The position numbers were made by a program, and so were the translations under genes. A stretch of 19,669 nt of DNA from Candidatus Micrarchaeota archaeon (GTDB lineage: Archaea > Micrarchaeota > Micrarchaeia > Anstonellales > Bilamarchaeaceae): the NCBI GenBank assembly GCA_018304385.1, contig JAGVWJ010000037.1, positions 1 through 19,669 of the forward strand, read 5' to 3'. The first letter of the stretch is position 1. Every line of letters begins with the position of its first letter. Of this stretch, positions 7,278-15,287 are shown piece after piece. The notes below the pieces were generated by a model, which saw only the letters and a program-made list of their open reading frames with translations, made no database searches and had not been told where the DNA came from.

Positions 7278-7857
7278 AGAGTTGGAAACGAATTTTGGTA
7301 TGATAAAGAAATGAGAATAGCAGCTACTAAATGGCTGATGTGGAAATTAAATAAAGAACCTAAAGATATAACTCAATCATTACAACGTTTCACATTATTT
7401 AGCTTTATTAGAAGCTGGTTATGCATATTCCGAAGATGAAATTAAAGAACAAAATGGAGAATTTAGAACAGATAAATTTTATCCTTGGGAGATGGGTAGA
7501 ATACCATTTGATTTATGGCCAAATAAAGATATTAGAATAGCTGCCATTAAGTGGTTGATATGGAAATTGAAAAAAGAACCAAAAGAGATAATTGCTGATG
7601 ATTTTAATAATAATAGATTATCTGGGTTGTTAAGACCTTACAAAGGTTCTCCTTATTTAGCATTAGTAGAAGTAGGATATGCTTATTCTATAGATGAGAT
7701 AAAGGAGCATGCAAGAACTTGGTTTAAAACTGATAAACTGTATCCTTGGGAGATGCAAAGAGTTGGAAACGAATTTTGGTATGATAAAGAAATGAGAATA
7801 GCAGCTACTAAATGGCTGATGTGGAAATTAAATAAAGAACCTAAAGATATAACTCAA
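7278..7857 (+). repeat. Perfect 99-nt direct repeat (7278-7376 and 7759-7857)
   Basis: Base-by-base comparison, AGAGTTGGAAACGAATTTTGG...CCTAAAGATATAACTCAA, is identical in both copies. Confidence 0.92.
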
Positions 7858-8000
7858 GGATTAATACAAACTTACAACGGTTCTCCTTATGAAGCACTTT
7901 TTGAAGCAGGCATAGCAACAGAATCAGATGAAGCCTATATGCGAAGCTCGCATCATACGCACTAACTGAAAAACGCCTTCAAAATATCAGTAGATAAATT

Positions 8001-8789
8001 TCACCTAAGCGCCTGCTCTAACGCAGTCCGACTATCAGTTTTTTCATCACGGTATTTTATAATAATCGCAGCAGCTAGCTGAACCTCTCCAAATGCTGTT
8101 TTTTTAGGCAGTGAGCCTGATATCACAACTGCATTCTCTGGTACTACCCCGTAATATATCTTTCCATTAGTGGAATCAAATATAGGTGTACTTTGATTGA
8201 TAATAACACCTGAAGATATAACCGCCCTTCGCTTTACTATCACGCCTTCATAAATGCCAGATTGCCCTCCAATGAAACATCCATCCTCTATTATCACGGG
8301 CGTAGCCTGAGGTGGTTCTAACACACCACCGATTATTACACCTGCTGAAATATGAACGCTCTTGCCAATTTGGGCGCATGAACCAATAAGCACATGTGAA
8401 TCAATCATGGTGTCTGCGCCTACATACGCACCTATGTTTATGTAACTAGGCGCCATCACTACAACGCGCGGCTCTAAAAAACTACCATAACGAACAGTAG
8501 AACCTATTGGTACCACACGAACGCTGCCATCTAGTTTTTTTAACGGGATTTTATCATAATAATCATAGCCATAACGCATGCGTTTGATACTATGAAGCTT
8601 AAAGTAAAGGAGAATTGCCTTTTTTACCCAGATGTTTGCATGCCACTTGTTGTTTATTTTTTCTGCTGTACGCAGCTCGCCGTTGTCAAGCAGTTTTATT
8701 GTCGCTTCGACAGCTGAAATAAAATCTTTTTTCTTAAGTAGAGATGTGGTGCATTGCTCAACCATTTCTTTTATGTCTTTCAAATTCAT
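8001..8789 (-). CDS. dapD: 2,3,4,5-tetrahydropyridine-2,6-dicarboxylate N-succinyltransferase
   Basis: LLDNGELRTAE, WVKKAILLYF, YYDKIPLK, SYINIGAYVG..TMIDSH..IGSCAQIGKSVHISAGVIIGGVLEPPQATPVIIEDGCFIG (long E. coli-type DapD). Confidence 0.95.
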   Translation of the reverse strand: MNLKDIKEMVEQCTTSLLKKKDFISAVEATIKLLDNGELRTAEKINNKWHANIWVKKAILLYFKLHSIKRMRYGYDYYDKIPLKKLDGSVRVVPIGSTVRYGSFLEPRVVVMAPSYINIGAYVGADTMIDSHVLIGSCAQIGKSVHISAGVIIGGVLEPPQATPVIIEDGCFIGGQSGIYEGVIVKRRAVISSGVIINQSTPIFDSTNGKIYYGVVPENAVVISGSLPKKTAFGEVQLAAAIIIKYRDEKTDSRTALEQALR

Positions 8790-8790
8790 G

Positions 8791-9999
8791 TTACCGCCTC
8801 AACAAATACCATTCTGCAGAAACCTTACGTATTTCTTTTATCTTACCTTTTTCTACAGCAACCTCGCCAGCAATATCATGACCAAGGAAAAATGGCATGC
8901 TCTCTGAAAATCCATATGCGCCCGCGTTTAAAACAGCTAGCAAATCGCCTTCTTTTAGTTTTGGCAACCTGACATCACGCGAGAAAAAATCCAAGCTAGT
9001 ACAAAGCTGGCCTCCAACATAATATTTCTCTGTTTTCTGTGGCCTCAATTCATCAGCCTTTACAATTGGATGCTGTTGAAGTATAGCTGGCCTTAACATG
9101 TTATTAATGCCTCCGTCTGTTATTGCAATAGCCTGACCTCTGGATTTTTTAACGTCAACCACCCGCGTCAAAAAAACACCGCATTCTGCTACTAAAAATC
9201 TTCCTAATTCTATCCAAATTTCACGTTCTTCGGCAAGATTATTTATCTCATTGCAAAACAAATCCAGATCAAATAAAGGATCTGTCTTTTTATATGGAAC
9301 GCCAATGCCGCCGCCAATGTCAATATAATCAAATGTAACATTGCATGAATCCTCAATCCTTTTAGCTAACCCAATAATCTTTCTGGCATTTTCTGATAAA
9401 AGTTTTGCATCCAACACCCCAGAAGCAGAATAACAATGCAAACCGCTTAATTTGATCTTTAATTTTTTAAGTCTTTTGATAGTTAAAGGGATTTGCTCTT
9501 CATCAATACCGAATTTTTGACAACCGCCTGAAGTGGTAATAACTCCTTTGTCAACCTGAAATGATGCATTAACGCGTACGCCTATGCGTTGATGCGACAA
9601 TGCAGTTGCTACTTTTTCTGCCTCGTTAAAAGATTCTACATGATAAGAACATATTGGGCCGACATGCTTGATTGCATCTAGGGTTTTTCCAGGCCCGGAG
9701 AAAATAATGTCTTTAAAATTTTTTGCAACTGCAAACTCGCCTTTGCTGGCAATATCCACGCCACAGCCAAGATCAGCAAGCTTTTTTGCAACATAACGAT
9801 TTGCGTTTGCCTTCATTGCATAAAAAATTTTTACATTTTTTGAAAGGCGGTTGCGCAATGCAAGATACTTTCTCTCTATTAATTGAAGATCATAAACAAA
9901 CAAAGGCGTATCATCAGCTAATTCTTTAACAGCTATACCTCCCATCCGGATTTCATCCTGCCATTCATCCAACAGCTCGCGATAGCTAAAGTTATCCAA
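8791..9999 (-). CDS. lysA: Fold-type III PLP decarboxylase; diaminopimelate decarboxylase by context, with BtrK/PvsE-like motifs
   Basis: YAMKAN (PLP lysine), DIASKGE, FSGPGK, KFGID, DIGGG, ELGRFLVAECG, GQLCTSLD, AGAYG. TTG start with SD GGTGA. Located inside the dap operon. Confidence 0.7.
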   Translation of the reverse strand: MDNFSYRELLDEWQDEIRMGGIAVKELADDTPLFVYDLQLIERKYLALRNRLSKNVKIFYAMKANANRYVAKKLADLGCGVDIASKGEFAVAKNFKDIIFSGPGKTLDAIKHVGPICSYHVESFNEAEKVATALSHQRIGVRVNASFQVDKGVITTSGGCQKFGIDEEQIPLTIKRLKKLKIKLSGLHCYSASGVLDAKLLSENARKIIGLAKRIEDSCNVTFDYIDIGGGIGVPYKKTDPLFDLDLFCNEINNLAEEREIWIELGRFLVAECGVFLTRVVDVKKSRGQAIAITDGGINNMLRPAILQQHPIVKADELRPQKTEKYYVGGQLCTSLDFFSRDVRLPKLKEGDLLAVLNAGAYGFSESMPFFLGHDIAGEVAVEKGKIKEIRKVSAEWYLLRR

Positions 10000-10001
10000 T
10001 T

Positions 10002-11105
10002 TTATTCACCTTGATTCTCCTTGTTTAATTCCTCTAATATAATTTCTATTCCTTTCTCAATATTTGATTCTGAGATTGCAAGCGAAATACGCAAATGCCC
10101 CTCACCAAGATCAAAACCTGCACCAGGAATTGTAAGAATGCCACGTTTCTTTGCCAGATTCAGACAGAAATCATATGACCCCGTATTAATTTTAGGAAAG
10201 ATATAAAATGCGCCTTCCGGCCTTACATGTGAAATTCCTTTTTCAGTTAAAAGCCTTGAAGCGCGCGAAGCGCGCTGCGTAAACGCTTTATGCATATCAT
10301 TATACTTTATTCTTTCATTTATGCAGTATGCAACAGCCTTTTGTTCAGCAAGCGGGGCGCCGGAGACTGTAAAATTTTGTACTTTTACCATTTGTTCAAT
10401 AAAAGAACGTTGGGCGATAACCCACCCAATACGGATGCCAGTAGCAGAAAACATCTTTGATGCACTAGAAACTTTTATAACATTTTCATATTGCCCCAAA
10501 AATGAAATATGCTCATTAAATGAAAGCGTTTCATAACATTCATCTGCTAATAAAATTGCGTTATTATCTTTTGCAATATCAGCTATTGCCTTTACTTCTT
10601 CTTTTGAGAGAACTTTTCCATTAGGATTATTCGGAGAACATGCAATAATCATTTTTGCTCCGTGCGCTTGTTTTCTTAATGATTCTATATCAACTTTACC
10701 ATTAATCAAGCCAACAAATCTGCTGTTCACTCCTAATAATTTAGCAACATGACTATATGCAGGGTATGCAGGACAAAGAATAACAACATTGTCTCCTTTT
10801 TCAAGTGTGGCAAACATTGAAGCAAACAACGCTTGCGCAGCGCCAATAGTAACTATCACTTCATTACTTTCTACATTGTAATAATTTGCAAGCGCATCCA
10901 GAAGACCACGATCTCCTTGATTAGGTGCATAAGTAGTATGACCTTTCTTAATATTTTCTATAATTTTTTCTTGAAGAACTGGATGAATAGGGAAATCCGG
11001 TATCCCTAAACCTAGATTAAAATCGATTTTTAAATCGCCAACATCTTCCCGGATTTTGCGAATAAGGGAGCGCTCGCAAGAGGTTATTCTATTGCTAATA
11101 ATCAT
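10002..11105 (-). CDS. Class I/II PLP aminotransferase, DapC-like by context
   Basis: YAPNQG, CSPNNPNG, ADECY, SASKMFSATGIRIG motifs. Start overlaps the asd stop (ATGA). Confidence 0.85.
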   Translation of the reverse strand: MIISNRITSCERSLIRKIREDVGDLKIDFNLGLGIPDFPIHPVLQEKIIENIKKGHTTYAPNQGDRGLLDALANYYNVESNEVIVTIGAAQALFASMFATLEKGDNVVILCPAYPAYSHVAKLLGVNSRFVGLINGKVDIESLRKQAHGAKMIIACSPNNPNGKVLSKEEVKAIADIAKDNNAILLADECYETLSFNEHISFLGQYENVIKVSSASKMFSATGIRIGWVIAQRSFIEQMVKVQNFTVSGAPLAEQKAVAYCINERIKYNDMHKAFTQRASRASRLLTEKGISHVRPEGAFYIFPKINTGSYDFCLNLAKKRGILTIPGAGFDLGEGHLRISLAISESNIEKGIEIILEELNKENQGE

Positions 11106-12130
11106 ATATATCCTCTTTGCTCAAGTAATTCAGCAAGCCATACTGCGCCTGCTGCTGCGCCCATCTTAGAATTATGCGAGACTAGAACATACTTTAAACC
11201 AAGAACTGGATCACTGCGTATTCTTCCTACGCATGTTGTTAATCCATTGCCTGTTTCCCTGTCCAATCGCGGCTGTGGCCTCGAAGGATCAGAAAAAACC
11301 TTTATCACCTGCTTTGGCGTAGAATGGGTTTTAACAGAAGATGAAAAATTGCTAAACGCTTTTTCAGCCTGTTCTATGGTTGCTGGTTTTTTCAATTGCA
11401 CAAACACGCTTTCTGTATGACCGTTCAACACTGGCACGCGCGTACATGTGCATGAAATATCAAATTTTTTATTAAGTATCTTTTGCGCCTCTTTTTCTAC
11501 TTTTTCCTCTTCTCCAACAATATATGGAATGACATTATCAATAATATCCAATGCACGTACGCCAGGGCTTCTGCCTGCGCCAGACACTGCCTGCAATGAT
11601 GTCATAATAACACTCTCTATGCCAAATTGGTCCAACGGCTTTAGGGTTATTGCCAAACCAGTAGTAGTGCAATTTGGGATTGGCGCAATAAATCCTTTCC
11701 AATTTCTGGTTTTTCTTTGTTTTTCAATAAGCGAGACTTGTTCTGGATTAACTGGAGGAATAATCAAAGGCACATCATTATCATATCGAAAAGCAGATGC
11801 AGTGCTGATAACAGCACAATGCTTTGCAAATTTTGGTTCTAGCTCCCTGGCAACATCTGCATCTACACATGAAAATATTATATCATAATCAGAAGGATCA
11901 AGTTTGCCTGCGTCCTGCACCTTGATGTTATTGATCTCTTCAGGCATAGGGTCATCAGCATACCAACCAACTATTCCGTTAGTTTCTATAGCTTGCCTAT
12001 ATGTTTTACCTGCTGACCGCTCAGATGCAGCGAATGAGATTAAATCAAATTGGGGATGATTGTTTAATGCAACAATAGCCTGCTGGCCAACTATGCCGGT
12101 TACACCTACAATAGCTGTTTTATATTTCAT
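11102..12130 (-). CDS. asd: Aspartate-semialdehyde dehydrogenase, archaeal/eukaryote-type
   Basis: GVTGIVGQ, ASERSAGKTY, STASAFRY..DVPLIIPPVNPE, catalytic PNCTT, QAVSGAG, RVPVLNGHTE. ATG 12130 preferred (SD GGTGA at 12140-12136). Confidence 0.95.
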   Translation of the reverse strand: MKYKTAIVGVTGIVGQQAIVALNNHPQFDLISFAASERSAGKTYRQAIETNGIVGWYADDPMPEEINNIKVQDAGKLDPSDYDIIFSCVDADVARELEPKFAKHCAVISTASAFRYDNDVPLIIPPVNPEQVSLIEKQRKTRNWKGFIAPIPNCTTTGLAITLKPLDQFGIESVIMTSLQAVSGAGRSPGVRALDIIDNVIPYIVGEEEKVEKEAQKILNKKFDISCTCTRVPVLNGHTESVFVQLKKPATIEQAEKAFSNFSSSVKTHSTPKQVIKVFSDPSRPQPRLDRETGNGLTTCVGRIRSDPVLGLKYVLVSHNSKMGAAAGAVWLAELLEQRGYI

Positions 12131-12135
12131 GAATG

Positions 12136-13404
12136 TCACCTGTTAAAAAATTCTTTATGAAATTCCCTTATAACATGATCATAATTTTTCTGGTCTACCA
12201 CTAAAGAAAGATCTATCTCTGATGCCCCCTGGGATATCATCTCTACATTGATATGTTGTGAAGATAAAACTGCAAAAACCCTTGCGATAAATGATGGGTT
12301 GTTTTTAATTGCATTGCCTACTATGCCAACAAGCGCAAGCGGCTCTTTAAGCTTAACATCAAAGTTATTCAAATCTGCTAATGCATGCAGTGCCTGCTTA
12401 CCATAAACCTGTTCAACAGTAAATGATATGTTTGCCTGCCCTGTAGCAATAACATCTACTGGTATATTTGCATCAGCAATGCGTGTAAGAATTTTTGAGG
12501 CAATGCCAAATGCCTCGACCATCTCATTACCTGATACACTGATTACTGCCAAGTTTTTTCTCCCTGCAATTGCAGCGATTTCATTTCTTTTACATTCTTT
12601 ATAAATCTGCGTGCCTCTGTTATCCGGCTGCATGATATTTTTTATCTCCGCAACAATCTTGGTTCCAACCAATGGTTCAAGCGCAGAAGGATGCAGGATT
12701 TTTGCACCAAACCTGCAAACCTCGCTAGCCTCTTCGAAACCCATGTCCAGGATATGTTTTGCACCTGGAACAATACGCGGATCTGCTGTTAAAAATCCAT
12801 CAACATTTTTCCAAAACTCAATGCGCCTGGCATTTAAAGAACGTGCAATTGCTGCAGCTGAATAGTCACTTCCACCCCTGCCAAACAAACAAATCTCATT
12901 ATTCTCATTAGGTGCATAGAAACCCGTAGTAATCACATTTTCATTTGGGAGTTTAATCTTGGTTTTCTTAAAATCACAGCGCGCATTAGCATACGGACCA
13001 TGTGCAATAAGACCAAACTTCTCAGCAGGGATAAGTGAAAAATCAGGAAGGTATGCATGAAGAACTAGCGCTGCTAAAAGTTCTCCTCTTGAAAGAACAT
13101 AAGCACGTAAACGCTCGCTAACCTCTGCAGTATATGATACGCCTGTTAATATTTTTTCCAATTCATTAAAAACATCTTCTAACGCAGTTTGTGCAACGTT
13201 ATGGCGCTGGCGCAAAGCAACTAAACCAGTTTGAAAATCCTTTTGTGCTAATGCCAAATCCACAATTTTTAACAATTCATCTGTTACGCCCTGCAAAGCA
13301 GATACGACGACTACCCTTGGCTTACTGGCAGAGATAACACTAACAATACGTTGAATATCTTCCAACGATGACAATATCCCTCCACCAAATTTTTGAACAA
13401 GCAT
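12136..13404 (-). CDS. lysC: Aspartate kinase with C-terminal ACT domains
   Basis: VQKFGG, VVVVSA, FGRGGSDYSAA, DGFLTADPRIVP, FGAKILHP, MISQGASEI. Confidence 0.95.
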   Translation of the reverse strand: MLVQKFGGGILSSLEDIQRIVSVISASKPRVVVVSALQGVTDELLKIVDLALAQKDFQTGLVALRQRHNVAQTALEDVFNELEKILTGVSYTAEVSERLRAYVLSRGELLAALVLHAYLPDFSLIPAEKFGLIAHGPYANARCDFKKTKIKLPNENVITTGFYAPNENNEICLFGRGGSDYSAAAIARSLNARRIEFWKNVDGFLTADPRIVPGAKHILDMGFEEASEVCRFGAKILHPSALEPLVGTKIVAEIKNIMQPDNRGTQIYKECKRNEIAAIAGRKNLAVISVSGNEMVEAFGIASKILTRIADANIPVDVIATGQANISFTVEQVYGKQALHALADLNNFDVKLKEPLALVGIVGNAIKNNPSFIARVFAVLSSQHINVEMISQGASEIDLSLVVDQKNYDHVIREFHKEFFNR

Positions 13405-13412
13405 AAGGACAC

Positions 13413-14150
13413 CTAACTGTTTAATACGTCTTTGAAATCGTGTAAAATACCATCTTTTTTACCATGTATCCATTTTGCTGATAATAAGGCACCCTGTGCG
13501 AAGCAACGCCTTGAAGTAGCTTTATGCCAAAGCTCTATCCTTTCTGCATTTCCTCCAAAAATAAGCGCATGATCTCCAATAACATCACCCACGCGTAATG
13601 AATGCACACCTACTTCTTTTTTTCTTTCACCTATGCCTTTTCTGCCATATGCAATATCGCTTTTATTCAATGCTTGAAGAGTGCGGAGCACCGTACCAGA
13701 TGGCGAATCAATCTTTAATCTATGATGGATATCAAGCATTTCCATATCATAGGCTGATAAACGGTCTGCCAAAAACTTTGCAGCCTCAATAAAGATATTA
13801 ACGCCAATTGAAAAATTGGCTGATATCACGCCACTGGTTTTATTTTTCGCAATTGCCTCGCGTATGCGCGTAATATCCTCTGGCGCAATGCCAGTAGTGC
13901 CAATAATAATATTTTTTCCAAGATTTGCTGCTGCAATCGCATTAGCAGGCGCAGCATTCTTTGTAGAGAAATCAACAACAATATCTGCAGATGCAAATGC
14001 GCTTTCTGGTTCATCAAAAACATTGACACCTTCGACCTTATTCCCGTGTGGTTCTAGAATTGACGCAATGCGAAAACCAGTATCTAACATTGCTGCTGAA
14101 AAAACTTCTTTGTTCATTTTGCCAAAACCAGATAATGCAATAGTAATCAT
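13413..14150 (-). CDS. dapB: 4-hydroxy-tetrahydrodipicolinate reductase
   Basis: VVDFS, IIGTTG, SANFSIGVN, HHRLKIDSPSGT, HSLRVGDVIGDH. SD GGTGA. Confidence 0.95.
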   Translation of the reverse strand: MITIALSGFGKMNKEVFSAAMLDTGFRIASILEPHGNKVEGVNVFDEPESAFASADIVVDFSTKNAAPANAIAAANLGKNIIIGTTGIAPEDITRIREAIAKNKTSGVISANFSIGVNIFIEAAKFLADRLSAYDMEMLDIHHRLKIDSPSGTVLRTLQALNKSDIAYGRKGIGERKKEVGVHSLRVGDVIGDHALIFGGNAERIELWHKATSRRCFAQGALLSAKWIHGKKDGILHDFKDVLNS

Positions 14151-14159
14151 TCAATCACC

Positions 14160-15134
14160 CTAATAGCTAGGCCAATAGCTGTCATTAGCCAGGCGATCTT
14201 CTATGCTTACACCATAAAACTTTTCTATGGGCTCCAGGATACTAGGCGAATTTTGCCATATTGTGCGGAGCATATTACGAACATGCGTTGTTGCATCTTT
14301 TGTCATTCTTCCAAGCGGCCTGCGAACATCATATGCAATCATGCCCAAACCAGCCATAGCAGTTTTAATTGGCACTGGATTACGGAACTTTTGTCCTGCT
14401 AATTTTACTGTCACTAATGAGAATAATGAAGAAAGGATTTTTGCCAATGATTCTGCGCCTAGCTCGTGATTATTGACTACTTTACAAAAATCCTGTATAG
14501 CGCGCGGCGCAATATTACTCATAACAGATATTACCCCTTTCCCGCCAATAGCCGGATCACTCATAATGTTATAAGTTAAATCATCATCACCGGACATTAT
14601 TGTAATATTTGAAAGACTGCGCGTTTTTCGCATGCGCTCAAGATTTCCTGTTGCCTCCTTAACTGTATCTAGATTTGGATAACGATTATGTAGAACAACC
14701 AGATCTTCAACGCTTAGCTCGCAACCTGTTCGCCCTGGAATAACATATGCAACAAAAGCTAGATCAGGGAATTTTTCGCATAAATACCCATAGTATTCTC
14801 TAGAAAGCTCCATTGATGATGGCCCATTATAATAGCAATCTACAAGCAGAATACGGTTACTGCCTAATGCTTGCGCCTCGCGCGTAAGATGCTCGCTGTG
14901 TTCTGTGCTATTTGTTCCGCATCCTGCAATAACATTTGCTTTTTTATCCAAAGCATGCCTGATCAAATTTGCTTTTTCCTCATCACTTGTAGTTGGGCTT
15001 TCGCCAGTTGTGCCATTGACTACGATATCCTGCACTCCATTTTGCACTTGAAATTCTATAAGACGATCAAATGCATCTACGTCTATTTTGCCATTTTTCA
15101 TTGGCGTGACAACAGCTGTACAACAGTTTTCCAT
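14160..15134 (-). CDS. dapA: 4-hydroxy-tetrahydrodipicolinate synthase (C-terminally extended type)
   Basis: TAVVTPM, NGTTGESPT, IAGCGTNST, YVIPGRTG, Schiff-base VKEATG, MSGDD, GVISV. Start placed at ATG 15134 (AGAGGGGGG upstream) rather than 15251. Confidence 0.93.
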   Translation of the reverse strand: MENCCTAVVTPMKNGKIDVDAFDRLIEFQVQNGVQDIVVNGTTGESPTTSDEEKANLIRHALDKKANVIAGCGTNSTEHSEHLTREAQALGSNRILLVDCYYNGPSSMELSREYYGYLCEKFPDLAFVAYVIPGRTGCELSVEDLVVLHNRYPNLDTVKEATGNLERMRKTRSLSNITIMSGDDDLTYNIMSDPAIGGKGVISVMSNIAPRAIQDFCKVVNNHELGAESLAKILSSLFSLVTVKLAGQKFRNPVPIKTAMAGLGMIAYDVRRPLGRMTKDATTHVRNMLRTIWQNSPSILEPIEKFYGVSIEDRLANDSYWPSY

Positions 15135-15158
15135 ATTAATCCCCCCTCTATTATGATA

Positions 15159-15208
15159 TTCGTAATAAATATTTATAAATCTATCGAAATTAGTAAATTT
15201 ATTACGAA
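15159..15208 (-). promoter_or_regulatory. dap operon promoter: palindromic TATA inside a 12-bp inverted repeat
   Basis: TTCGTAATAAAT (15159-15170) and ATTTATTACGAA (15197-15208) are exact reverse complements and flank ATTTATAAAT (15171-15180). Confidence 0.6.
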
Positions 15209-15287
15209 AATCGTACAAATAAATAAAACTGATGATGCGATAAATCAACAATTAAGCCTTCTTTCCTAGGAATTCTTGCATCTGGAC

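Larger units (their letters stand above)
6573..7965 (+). pseudogene. Repeat protein paralog 2, interrupted by a frameshift at ~7377
   Basis: Frame 6573 reads ...KEPKDITQ and then loses homology. The +1 frame from 7378 reads HYNVSHYLALLEAGYAYSEDEIKEQNGEFRTDKFYPWEMGRI and joins ORF 7492..7965. Joined product is ~463 aa with three YPWEM units. Confidence 0.8.

Noticed and set aside
1861-7857. Diversity-generating retroelement (TR/VR pair)
   Set aside because: Mismatches between repeat copies are not adenine-specific, all copies are coding, and no reverse transcriptase or Avd is in the window.
7939-7953. Small hairpin ATGCGA-AGC-TCGCAT, and AGCGCGC-GAA-GCGCGCT at 10260-10276
   Set aside because: Stems of 6-7 bp with no match to the hairpin family and no alignable insertion; plausible by chance.
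15135-15251. 39-aa N-terminal extension of DapA given by the ORF track
   Set aside because: The region contains the TATA box, the inverted repeat and an SD-like tract; homology starts at ATG 15134.
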